A stretch of DNA of 64,000 nucleotides from NCBI GenBank assembly GCA_045047305.1, contig JASFYO010000002.1, positions 96,001 through 160,000 of the forward strand, written 5' to 3'. Under the pieces are notes generated by a model. The model was not told where the DNA came from. It made no database searches and saw only the letters and a list, made by a program, of their open reading frames with translations. Each line of letters starts with the position of its first letter. The first letter of the stretch is position 1. Source of the DNA: Planctomycetota bacterium (lineage in GTDB: Bacteria; Planctomycetota; UBA1135). This document shows positions 10,925 to 19,927 of this stretch, in pieces. The translations under genes and the position numbers were made by a program.

Positions 10925-11998
10925 TTAAGCAGTAGGATCAAGCACGACTTTATGCGCCTCACCGCGGTCGAGCAGAGCAATGCCTTCGTGAAAAGAAGAC
11001 ATGGGCAAGCGGTGAGTCACGATGTGTTCCACATCCAGGCCACGCTGCAACAAAGAAAGCATTTCATCCCAGGTCGCAAACATGCGCCTCCCAAGAATGC
11101 CTTTCCAGGTGAGTCCTTTAAAAATGAACTCTTGGGAAAAGTTCTTCAACTCCAAATCGGTGCTGGTGGGGATGCCTAGCTGCATCATCTCGCCACCGGG
11201 ATACAGCATTTCTATGCCCGCTTGAATCGCAGGAGCTGCACCGGACATTTCGATTACGACGTCGACTCCACCCTTGGTTGCCTGCCGCACACTCTCCACC
11301 ATATCGGGGCCTTCTGTGGCCGGGTCGTGAATTGAAATTGGCACCCTTCCGCTCAATCCGGCCGCCCATTTTTTGGCGCGCTCCAAATGACCCGGCATCA
11401 CTTCCGTGATGGTCAAACTCTTAGCACCTTCAAACTCCACCACCGCTGCAGCCATCGCGCCAATAGCACCATAGCCGGACATAAGTACATGGCGCCCTGC
11501 GATGCTACTGGCAGATTGCACCGTATGGACTGCATTGCCCAGGGCGTCCAGAAAAGATCCGATGTGTGGTGGCACAATCTTTGGGTCTAAACGCACCAGA
11601 TTCGAAGCTGGCACCACCACGTATTCGGCAAAGCAGCCTGCGCGATGCAAACCTGCGATTTCCGTTTTCTCACAAATGTGCTGATTCCCTGCTTGGCACG
11701 CGCGACAGCGGCCGCACACAATGTGCATTTCTGCCGAAACATAATCCTCTAAGTTCCAGCCATCGACCCCCACCCCAATTTCATCGAGATGGCCACAAAA
11801 CTCGTGGCCGATGGTGACCGGTGGAGTAATCATCGAGGCCACGGAAGGGTCCCAATGATAAATATGGCGGTCAGTGCCACAAATCGCAGTGTTCAAGACT
11901 CGGACGCGCACCTCGCCGGGGCCAGGTGTGGGAGAATCAAGGTCCGTGATGAGTACTGCTGCCCCCGCTTCGGGTCGGGCCATTTGGATTGCCTGCAT
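10925..11998 (-). CDS. tdh: L-threonine 3-dehydrogenase
   Basis: ICGTD.H, GHEFCG, structural Zn CGRCRAC..C, GRRMF.TW. Adjacent to kbl. Confidence 0.9.
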   Translation of the reverse strand: MQAIQMARPEAGAAVLITDLDSPTPGPGEVRVRVLNTAICGTDRHIYHWDPSVASMITPPVTIGHEFCGHLDEIGVGVDGWNLEDYVSAEMHIVCGRCRACQAGNQHICEKTEIAGLHRAGCFAEYVVVPASNLVRLDPKIVPPHIGSFLDALGNAVHTVQSASSIAGRHVLMSGYGAIGAMAAAVVEFEGAKSLTITEVMPGHLERAKKWAAGLSGRVPISIHDPATEGPDMVESVRQATKGGVDVVIEMSGAAPAIQAGIEMLYPGGEMMQLGIPTSTDLELKNFSQEFIFKGLTWKGILGRRMFATWDEMLSLLQRGLDVEHIVTHRLPMSSFHEGIALLDRGEAHKVVLDPTA

Positions 11999-12037
11999 TG
12001 AACGAGATTCTAGCAGGTCGGCCGGCCTGGGTCGCGG

Positions 12038-13174
12038 TCAGGCCTCGAAGGCACGAGAGGAGAAAAGAGGAGCTCTGGTTGCACCAACCACGAGAGCTAA
12101 CCCAAGAGCCAAGCCGCTAGCCATCATCGAACTGCCGCCAAAGGAAATCATCGGTAGTGGGAGTCCTGTCGTCGGCCAAACGCCAAGAGTGACACCCACA
12201 TTCAACGATAGATGGATCAGGAAATGAATGCCGACACCGGCCATTACGTAACGCGCAAAGGGGTCACGATAGCGTGCTGCGTAGGCCAATAAAGTGATGC
12301 CAAGACTAGCGTAAAGCAACAAGAAGCCAACCGCCCCGATAAATCCATACTCCTCAGCAATGACTGGAAAAACGAAGTCATTATGACGTTCTGGGAGAAG
12401 ATCAAGGCGATTCTCTGGTCCTTGTCCAAAGCCAAAGCCCGTCAACCCGCCGCTACCAACTGCGAGTTTGGCATGATGTAAGTGATAGCCTTCAATTGCG
12501 ATTTCCTCAGGCGACAATTCGTTCTGGTGCCACCACGTCAGAATGCGCTCTTTTTGATAATCCTGAATGGCAAACCAACCAATGGGCGCAAGGATCGCAG
12601 GCAGCAATAGTAGCCAGCGAAAACTGCGCCACGGCAAGCCAGCTAACCAAGTCATGGACAGGAAGAGCGGAACCAACACCAAGGCAGTACCGAGGTCAGG
12701 CTCCACCAAAATCAGCATGGCTGGAATGGCAACCAGCACCCCTGGCTTCACGATATCGCTTAGCCGAGAAGGCTTCGGGTGGTCGGCAAACCAACGTGCT
12801 AAAACAAGAATGATGGCAACCTTCATGAACTCACTTGGCTGCAACTTGAAGCCGCCAAAGAGATCAATCCAGCGGCGCGATCCATTGGTGGCGCGACCGG
12901 CGATTAATACCCATATCAAGGGCATCAGCACAGCTGCATAAAAGAAAAAAGCATGGGCGCGCCATCGCTTCGCCGACAAAACTAATGCGGCAATCGTAAA
13001 AAAAATAAGTGCGCCAATCCGCAGGATGTGCCCGCTTGGAATCGCAAGCTCTGGGCTAACGCTCCATTGCACAAAAAAACTGAAGGTCAGAATAACGCCA
13101 ACCAAAGGCAGGATCGGCCAACAGGTCCGATGCAGGAACCCGCGCATGCGGTAAACAATAGAAGGGCCTCTCAT
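12038..13174 (-). CDS. rodA: SEDS peptidoglycan glycosyltransferase RodA
   Basis: RRWI..LQPSEFMK, EPDLGT, LPERHNDFVF..IAEE, GLPLPMISFGGSS. ATG 13174 overlaps the mrdA stop (ATGA). Confidence 0.92.
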   Translation of the reverse strand: MRGPSIVYRMRGFLHRTCWPILPLVGVILTFSFFVQWSVSPELAIPSGHILRIGALIFFTIAALVLSAKRWRAHAFFFYAAVLMPLIWVLIAGRATNGSRRWIDLFGGFKLQPSEFMKVAIILVLARWFADHPKPSRLSDIVKPGVLVAIPAMLILVEPDLGTALVLVPLFLSMTWLAGLPWRSFRWLLLLPAILAPIGWFAIQDYQKERILTWWHQNELSPEEIAIEGYHLHHAKLAVGSGGLTGFGFGQGPENRLDLLPERHNDFVFPVIAEEYGFIGAVGFLLLYASLGITLLAYAARYRDPFARYVMAGVGIHFLIHLSLNVGVTLGVWPTTGLPLPMISFGGSSMMASGLALGLALVVGATRAPLFSSRAFEA

Positions 13175-15783
13175 TCGAACAATACCTTCGCTTCGGGGCT
13201 CTTTAAGAATTCCTTCAAGATGAAGGATGCGATTTGCCCGCCGTGCAGGCCAACGTTTTCGCACAATATTGCGAATGAGTAACGCGGGTTATCACGCGGG
13301 AAAAAACCAGTCAACCAAGCATGGGTAGGCTGTAGAAGCCCGTTAGCAAAAATTTGCGCAGTTCCAGTTTTACAAACGATTTGCCACTCGGGATTAAACT
13401 TGGTGCGTGCGGCAGTGCCACCGTCTTCATAGCCCACGGCATACAGCGCATCAAGGATGAGTGCTCGGTTCGATGCCGATAGTACGGGCACGGCGTGCTG
13501 CTCACGTGCTGGGGAACCACCACCGCCAGCATGCACCAATCTTGGCTGCAACAACTCTCCGGTAGCAAGCCAACCGTACATGCGGGCCATTTGCAAAGGG
13601 CTGGCCTGCACTCCCACTTGACCGATTGCAGTGCGCATTAACCGAATCGTATTGTCCTGTAAGGATTTCTTATCCGATAGGTAGTTCGCCTTGCGCTCCA
13701 AACGCACGTCGCCGCTTAGGTGAAGGTTTTCTGCAGAATCCTCAGAAGCGTCAAAGCGCACTAACTCCAAGCCGGTGGGGCGATCAAAACCAAGACCCTT
13801 GGCATAGGCGTAGATCACATCGGCGCCAATATCTCTAGCAAGCAAGTAAAAGTAAACATTGCAGGAACGCTTGAGGGCTTCGCGCATGGCAACGTCTTGA
13901 TGCCCCCATTTACTATCACACTTCAAAGTTGTGCCGCCACTAATAGGAGTGATGGCACCCTCACAATGATAAACCTTGTTCCAGTAGTTAGGGTTCAAGG
14001 ACAAGGCAGCAGCGGCAACCAAAGGCTTAAAAGTGGAGCCTGGGTACGGAACTTCAGGCCCTAGATACCCACCTCCAAGTGCCCGATTACGCAGAGGGTT
14101 TCCGGCCTTTATTTCGGCGAGCTGTTGGTAATCGGTACGAAACTCCTCGCGCGAAAAACCCGGGGTGCTCATTAACAGAGGTGTTTCGCCATTGCGTAAA
14201 TCAAGCAAGGCAAATCCGACCCGTGGAAGATTGGGGTTGAATTTGCGTAATGACTCAGCTGGAGTTTCAGGGAAGGTGGACGCGAGTGTGCTTGGCGTTT
14301 CACGATAGACCTTCAGAATCGAGCGCTGCGCTGCATGGGCCAGGTCCACGTCAAGCGAAAGAGTGATGTCGGTGCCATCACGAGGTTTGGAGAAAAGAAG
14401 CTCTAGAGGTCGTCCATCACCTTCTCCCCCCTCAAGGACTTGCAGATATCCACGGCTGCCTCGGAGTTGATCCTCATAAACCAATTCGATCCCGGTGGCA
14501 CCACGCAATTCGTCTGGACGGAGCGCGTCGCTCCAGAGCCAATCACGCACTTTACGAAACTCAGCCTCCTCTTCTGGCTGGCGAATAAAAATGCGACGTA
14601 AAGCATGGAATCGATCGACTGCTTCTGCAAACTCCGACGTTTCATCGGGGTCCACCTTACGCACATTGCCCACCAACATGGGTGATATTTCATTGGGGTA
14701 GATTCGCCGGGCAACTTCTTGCAGATACAAACCTTGGTAGTTTTCCGATTGCTGCGCGAGCAAATCCACCAACTCAAAGCTGAGGTCACGTTTCAGCGTC
14801 TTGACACGATATTGGTGGATACGGCGCGCCTGCGAACGACGTACCCCGGTGGCGTCGTCGGTATGATTCTTTTCCAAATCAGAAAGGAAGTTGTCGAGCA
14901 ATTGATTTTTCTCAACTCGCGACATGGCATCCAGCGCATCTTTGGCCGCGCCGCCTAAAGGCTTCAATAACGCGCCTAATGCTGCAGGATCAGCTTGCCA
15001 TGACCAGCGCTCACTAAGGGTTTGTAAGGCTTGATCTCTCTCTTCACCGGCTTTAGCGATCCGGGAGAGCAAACTATACGAAGAAATCCCCAAAGCGCGG
15101 CCGGCGCATTCCTGCAATGCACGAGTCAGCACCATGCCCTCTAGCACTTGACGCCGGAGCTCCAGCTTGGGAAGAAGGGTGCCACGCCAAGCTGGTCCAA
15201 GAAGTTCCTCAAGCAAAGCAATCTCGCGCCGAGCTTCGACGAGACCGCGACTAAGTCCGTCGAAAGCTTGTGGGAAATGCTCGCCGAAAGAATCCTCACT
15301 CCCGTCTGCCCATTCTTGGACAGCAAGCCGCAACCGCGAGGACGGCATTTCGGCGATGCCGCGTAAGTAAAACATCAAGTCACCACGTTGCCGAGGGGTG
15401 ATGCTGCGCAAGTCCTTTGGCGTCCAAGAAAAGCACAAGCGCCCCAAGCGCTCGCCGTCAGCCATGCACTCTTCGAGACCGCCAGATGCGACCCCCATCA
15501 AGGCAAGCGCCTCATGCAACTGCCCTGCGATGTGGCCGCGACGGAAATCACGGTAGCGGAAGGATAAGTCGTAAGATGGCTTATCCATCGCCAACACTTT
15601 TTCGTTGCGATCCAGAATCCGGCCACGACGAAATGGAATCGACTCCCGGTCTAACCGCGAGTTCCTGGCCTCGCGCAACCAATAGTCATGTTCCTTAATT
15701 TGCAATTGAAAGAGGCGCCCAATCAGGACTGCCACAATCAGCAAGAACAGATACGCCAGATTGCGCAAACGTAAGCCTCTCAT
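13171..15783 (-). CDS. mrdA: Class B penicillin-binding protein 2 with large insertions
   Basis: N-terminal TM, RGRILDRN, G..GIE..Y..QLRG. Transpeptidase motifs PGSTFK, SCN and KTGTAQ. Lies between mreD and rodA. Confidence 0.88.
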   Translation of the reverse strand: MRGLRLRNLAYLFLLIVAVLIGRLFQLQIKEHDYWLREARNSRLDRESIPFRRGRILDRNEKVLAMDKPSYDLSFRYRDFRRGHIAGQLHEALALMGVASGGLEECMADGERLGRLCFSWTPKDLRSITPRQRGDLMFYLRGIAEMPSSRLRLAVQEWADGSEDSFGEHFPQAFDGLSRGLVEARREIALLEELLGPAWRGTLLPKLELRRQVLEGMVLTRALQECAGRALGISSYSLLSRIAKAGEERDQALQTLSERWSWQADPAALGALLKPLGGAAKDALDAMSRVEKNQLLDNFLSDLEKNHTDDATGVRRSQARRIHQYRVKTLKRDLSFELVDLLAQQSENYQGLYLQEVARRIYPNEISPMLVGNVRKVDPDETSEFAEAVDRFHALRRIFIRQPEEEAEFRKVRDWLWSDALRPDELRGATGIELVYEDQLRGSRGYLQVLEGGEGDGRPLELLFSKPRDGTDITLSLDVDLAHAAQRSILKVYRETPSTLASTFPETPAESLRKFNPNLPRVGFALLDLRNGETPLLMSTPGFSREEFRTDYQQLAEIKAGNPLRNRALGGGYLGPEVPYPGSTFKPLVAAAALSLNPNYWNKVYHCEGAITPISGGTTLKCDSKWGHQDVAMREALKRSCNVYFYLLARDIGADVIYAYAKGLGFDRPTGLELVRFDASEDSAENLHLSGDVRLERKANYLSDKKSLQDNTIRLMRTAIGQVGVQASPLQMARMYGWLATGELLQPRLVHAGGGGSPAREQHAVPVLSASNRALILDALYAVGYEDGGTAARTKFNPEWQIVCKTGTAQIFANGLLQPTHAWLTGFFPRDNPRYSFAILCENVGLHGGQIASFILKEFLKSPEAKVLFE

Positions 15784-16271
15784 CGGCCCCCTCCCTTAGA
15801 AAGGAAATTTGCACGCGTCGGGCGATGGAAGAAAGCCATAAGAAGACCTGTATACAAACAACGAATCCAGGCGTCGGAAGGGCTGAGTTGCGTGCCAAGT
15901 TGTTGCGCGGCAAGACGATCGAGCAAGGCAAGCGGGACCGCTGCCGAAAACCCGGTTACGAAACGCAGGAGTGGATTGTATTCACTCAAACGTCGTGCAA
16001 GTGTTTCACGCACGAACAGCGCCAATCCAAAACCAGCCCATGCGCTAAAAGGCGATATCGCGGTCACGCTACTGCGCAGAACGCCGAGCAGGATCACTAT
16101 GTGCACCGAGCGTCGCCAGGAGTCTGGCGCGGGGACGGGGATCGAGAGCAGCAGAAGCACCAGCCAGACATCGGGGAGTTGGGCGCCTCCTGGGAGCTGG
16201 CGCAAGATTGGAGCCAATAGGGTCACCAGGATGGCCACTGGAATCAGAATGCGTAAACGCGGGCCTTTCAC
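15780..16271 (-). CDS. mreD: MreD-like membrane protein
   Basis: 163 aa, multi-TM, PD..LVLLL motif, canonical position, 4-nt overlaps with both neighbours. Sequence is divergent. Confidence 0.65.
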   Translation of the reverse strand: MKGPRLRILIPVAILVTLLAPILRQLPGGAQLPDVWLVLLLLSIPVPAPDSWRRSVHIVILLGVLRSSVTAISPFSAWAGFGLALFVRETLARRLSEYNPLLRFVTGFSAAVPLALLDRLAAQQLGTQLSPSDAWIRCLYTGLLMAFFHRPTRANFLSKGGGR

Positions 16272-17473
16272 GGCGTGTCCTCCGCTTGTGCGTCTAAGCG
16301 CAACACTTCCAGATTCACCAGCGGTGACATTGCGGCTTCATCTTGATAACCAAGCCATAAACCACGTGGGATGTGATCGCCGCCGCGGGTGAACAAGGGC
16401 AATGGGTTCGAAGATGCCTCCCATGCCTTGACTCCAAGGACCTCGCCGGCATCGGGGTCAAGAGCCACGGCTCCCTGGTCCCAAGATGCTGGAGCAAGGC
16501 GTCGCGCCCAACCCCATCCACTTCGCCACACACGCAACTCTCCACTCACCTTGGCCTGGTCGGTCACTACCGTAGGTGTGAAATTAGCGGGAGAGCTCAA
16601 GGCATACCAATCAGATCCGAGCAGGGCATCGGTGCGTAAAAGACGCGAGGCCACTTGCCGCTTTTGCGCGGGCTCTGCAATCAAGTCCTTGCCGACAGCT
16701 CCAGCAGCAATGAATACACGTCCCTGTGCCCCGACCGGAATGGAATGCTCGATTACCCATAAGGCTTCGCCACGGCTGGAGTCTCCCTCCAACTGCATCG
16801 TTCCCAAATGCAATCCTGCCTGTGCCAAGTTGGGAGGGTCCAAGGGGCGCGGCCGCCACATCAGAGTTTGGCCAACCAAATAACCAGTTTCATCTTCAGA
16901 CCATTCCACCACGGCCGTGCCTCCTCCGCCGCGGCCAAAACAAACCGCGCGAATGGGTTGGCCTGATTCTGGCACGACGGTTAATCCAGTGCGCAATCCA
17001 GCGGCCGACCACAGCTCAACATCGGCGGCATGCTCTCGCACTTCCCCTAGTCGGCCAAGAAAGGCATTCCCAAAAGCGACCAACTGACCTTGTGCCAAAT
17101 GGAAGTCCTTTCCAGCGGCAATCACTAAACGTCCACGCGCTAAATCCAGCGACCACACTGGAACTTCCAACCAAGCCATGCCCGGAATCGCTGCTGGCAA
17201 TCCAAGTCGACGCTCCAAAGAAACCAGTGCGGATCGAGTTGGCGACGGTGCTGTTTCACCCAGCACAGAAGCCTGGCCCGCCGAGTCACCGGTTAAAAAA
17301 TCATCCAACCTCCCTGCAAGCGCTGCAATCGGCTTTTGCACCGGCGCCAGGACCACGCTCACTACATGCTCTAGTTGCGGTAATTGTAAAACGGCCTGCA
17401 AAGCCAACAACCCAACCGCTGCCCCAGTGAGCAGTACACGCCGATAGCGCTCCGCTCCCGGCAGCAGGAACAC
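16268..17473 (-). CDS. mreC: MreC-like protein (divergent, long)
   Basis: N-terminal TM. LVIAAGKDFHLAQGQLV..FLGRLGEV and LFTRGG..IPRGLWLG resemble MreC barrel motifs. GTG overlaps the mreB stop. Confidence 0.65.
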   Translation of the reverse strand: MFLLPGAERYRRVLLTGAAVGLLALQAVLQLPQLEHVVSVVLAPVQKPIAALAGRLDDFLTGDSAGQASVLGETAPSPTRSALVSLERRLGLPAAIPGMAWLEVPVWSLDLARGRLVIAAGKDFHLAQGQLVAFGNAFLGRLGEVREHAADVELWSAAGLRTGLTVVPESGQPIRAVCFGRGGGGTAVVEWSEDETGYLVGQTLMWRPRPLDPPNLAQAGLHLGTMQLEGDSSRGEALWVIEHSIPVGAQGRVFIAAGAVGKDLIAEPAQKRQVASRLLRTDALLGSDWYALSSPANFTPTVVTDQAKVSGELRVWRSGWGWARRLAPASWDQGAVALDPDAGEVLGVKAWEASSNPLPLFTRGGDHIPRGLWLGYQDEAAMSPLVNLEVLRLDAQAEDTP

Positions 17474-18525
17474 TAGGCCAAATCCTCTCCGTCGGAGAGG
17501 AAGGATGCGTAAAGGTCGAGGTCTTCGAGGAACTTGGCAGTTCCACGCACCACTGCGGTCAATGGATCCTTGCCGATTTTACATGGCAAACCCGTATTCT
17601 TGGTCATGTACTCACTCAAGCCTGGAAGCAATGCACCACCGCCTACGATGACGATGCCTTGATCCAGCAAGTCGGAGCCAATTTCCGGTGGTGCCATTTC
17701 TAGACAATCCAAAACCGCACGCATAATGCCGCGCAGTGGGACGTCGAGTGCATCACGGATTTCTTCTGAATTGAGGACTGCCTTGCGCGGCATCAGGTTC
17801 AGGGTATCGCGACCTGCAATCTCTAAAGTCTTTTCTTCCTTGAGGGCCCAAGCCGAACCGATGGTTATCTTTAACTGCTCAGCAGTTTGTGGACCAATCT
17901 GCAAGTTATGACTCTTGCGGATGAAATCGACGATAGCATCGTCCATGTTGTCGCCTGCCATCTTCACCGACTTCACCGAAACCGGCCCACCGAGTGCAAG
18001 AATCGCAACCTCGGTAGTTCCACCGCCGATGTCGACGACCATGGAGCCTTCCGCTTCCGTAATCGGCAATTCGACACCGAGCCCAGCCGCCATCGGCTCA
18101 TCGACAAGGAATACTTTGCGTGCTCCAGCGCGCTCAGCGGAGTTAATCACCGCGCGACGCTCTACTGTGGTAATCCCAGATGGAACTGAAATCACGACCC
18201 GTGGGCGAACCCAAGAGCGGCCTTCTTGCGACTTGCGCAGGAAGTAGCGCAACAGCTTCTCGGTGACTTCAAAGTCTGCGATCACACCGCCCTTCATTGG
18301 GCGCACTGCGTCAATGTTGATCGGCGTTTTACCCAACATGCGGTAAGCCTCAATGCCTACGCCTTGGCCATCCAAGATGACCTCATTGGTGCCCTTGTAA
18401 ACCGCGACCACCGAAGGCTCATTCAAAATGATGCCGCGCTCCTGCGACGCAACCAAAGTATTGGCTGTGCCGAGGTCAATGCCGAGGTCCTCAGAAAGGG
18501 AGAACCGACGAAAAAGCCAATCCAT
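17473..18525 (-). CDS. mreB: Rod shape-determining actin MreB
   Basis: GIDLGTANT, NEPSVVA, RPMKGGVIADF, DEPMAA, VDIGGGTTEVA, GGGALL. Confidence 0.98.
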   Translation of the reverse strand: MDWLFRRFSLSEDLGIDLGTANTLVASQERGIILNEPSVVAVYKGTNEVILDGQGVGIEAYRMLGKTPINIDAVRPMKGGVIADFEVTEKLLRYFLRKSQEGRSWVRPRVVISVPSGITTVERRAVINSAERAGARKVFLVDEPMAAGLGVELPITEAEGSMVVDIGGGTTEVAILALGGPVSVKSVKMAGDNMDDAIVDFIRKSHNLQIGPQTAEQLKITIGSAWALKEEKTLEIAGRDTLNLMPRKAVLNSEEIRDALDVPLRGIMRAVLDCLEMAPPEIGSDLLDQGIVIVGGGALLPGLSEYMTKNTGLPCKIGKDPLTAVVRGTAKFLEDLDLYASFLSDGEDLA

Positions 18526-18570
18526 GTGTAGGAAGTGTTGGGGTTTGGAAGCGGATGCAGTTCCTTGCGC

Positions 18571-18576
18571 AGTATA
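18571..18576 (-). promoter_or_regulatory. Putative sigma70 -10 box (TATACT) for the mreB operon
   Basis: TATACT on the minus strand about 45 nt upstream of the mreB ATG, downstream of a terminator. Confidence 0.45.
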
Positions 18577-18631
18577 GGGACCCTTTCCTTGGGATTAAAG
18601 CACCACAGAACAAAACAGGGTCCGCAAAAGG

Positions 18632-18669
18632 AAAGAAGGCCGGAACCATTTCTGATTCCGGCCTTCTTT
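18632..18669 (-). terminator. Intrinsic terminator after the small basic membrane protein
   Basis: Perfect 14-bp inverted repeat AAAGAAGGCCGGAA / TTCCGGCCTTCTTT with 10-nt loop and T-rich tail. Confidence 0.85.
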
Positions 18670-18682
18670 GATTTGGCTTGTT

Positions 18683-18928
18683 CTACTTACCGTAGTTACC
18701 GGAGAACAAGGCGCCCATCCCGTAGTTGGTGCCTGAGGAGTGATCAATCATGATGACCGCTGCCAAAAGCATTACTGCAGTGACGATGCTCAGAACCACT
18801 TCCATTGGAGGGCCTGGGCTGACTTCCTTAGCTTCCTTGACCTTTTTGGCCTTCTTAGCTTTAGGAGCCTTCTTTCCGCCACCCTTTGCAGGAGCGGCTT
18901 TCTTAGCGTTACGTCGACGTGCTGCCAT
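18683..18928 (-). CDS. Small Lys/Ala-rich protein with one TM helix
   Basis: AGGAG RBS right after the upstream stop. Basic N-half, hydrophobic VVLSIVTAVMLLAAVIMI, terminator downstream. Confidence 0.75.
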   Translation of the reverse strand: MAARRRNAKKAAPAKGGGKKAPKAKKAKKVKEAKEVSPGPPMEVVLSIVTAVMLLAAVIMIDHSSGTNYGMGALFSGNYGK

Positions 18929-18939
18929 CTGGAGACTCC

Positions 18940-19794
18940 TTACAGGCGAGTGGTGACGCGGTCGCCAGCGGTGATTGCGCCGTTACCGTCGAGGACAACC
19001 GTTGCAGCAGACTTGGTCTGGTTCACGGAGTGGACGTAGATGCGACCCTTGTAAGTCGAACCGTTAAAGACGTCGTAGGTGTAGCCAGGCTGAACGTTGT
19101 TGTCCTTGCCCAAGTTCACAACCACGTAGGTGGTGTTATCCACCGTCTCAACACTCAACACCGAGCCATCCATCTGCGGCTGCGCACCAATCTGCTCGAT
19201 GTCGACCTTGTACAGGCTAACCACCGTTGCGAGCTTGGCTTCAGCAGCGGAGGAACGCTCCATTTCACGATCCAGCTTAATCTGGAGATCATGGGCAGCG
19301 CCATTCGCCATGTTGGCGGAATCCTCTGCAGCGTTTGCACTTGCAAGAGCTGCATCACGCGAGTCCAGAGCATCGTCGCGCTCTTGGCGGACGGCTTCGA
19401 ACTGACGGTGCAAGCCTTCAAGCTGCGTGGACTGTTGACCGTTGGTACCTTCGAGGTCACCAAGCTTGCCATCAATCACCTGCAGGCTTTCGCGCAGATC
19501 TGAGTTTTGCTGACGCTCAGACTCGAGGCTCTCAGTGAGAGCTGTCTTGTCGGCAGTGAGGGTGCTGTTGTCGTTGCGCAGCTGACTACTGATGCTGTTA
19601 GCTGTGCGCAGTTGAGCGGTGAGGTCGCTAACTTCGGCAGTAGAGCTGGCTTCAAGGTCGGCGACGACCTGTTGCTCAGCTTCATACTTGCCTCGGTACT
19701 CCTCGCTATGCCCAATCAGGGAAGCGGCTGCCCCCACGAAAAGGGCAGACAATGCAAGGTTCAAAACGACAAAAAACTTTCCGATGGTACTCAT
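18940..19794 (-). CDS. Membrane-anchored coiled-coil protein with C-terminal beta-barrel
   Basis: N-terminal TM, about 170 aa heptad-rich region, C-terminal VVVNLGKDNNVQPG..YKGRIYV..V..SAATV. Confidence 0.85.
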   Translation of the reverse strand: MSTIGKFFVVLNLALSALFVGAAASLIGHSEEYRGKYEAEQQVVADLEASSTAEVSDLTAQLRTANSISSQLRNDNSTLTADKTALTESLESERQQNSDLRESLQVIDGKLGDLEGTNGQQSTQLEGLHRQFEAVRQERDDALDSRDAALASANAAEDSANMANGAAHDLQIKLDREMERSSAAEAKLATVVSLYKVDIEQIGAQPQMDGSVLSVETVDNTTYVVVNLGKDNNVQPGYTYDVFNGSTYKGRIYVHSVNQTKSAATVVLDGNGAITAGDRVTTRL

Positions 19795-19894
19795 CCCAGA
19801 TGGTGCGGGCTTGTTATGGGGAGGTGAAGCGCAGGGTCGCGCGGGGCTCAGTCTAGGCGTGCGTGGGCATTGGGTTTACGCCTGAGAAGCGAAA

Positions 19895-19923
19895 AATCTA
19901 CCCCAACCCTAGAGAAGGGTCAA
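19895..19923 (-). promoter_or_regulatory. Putative sigma70 promoter TTGACC-N17-TAGATT
   Basis: Near-consensus -35/-10 with 17-nt spacer about 100 nt upstream of the 19794 ATG. Confidence 0.6.
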
Positions 19924-19927
19924 GCGC

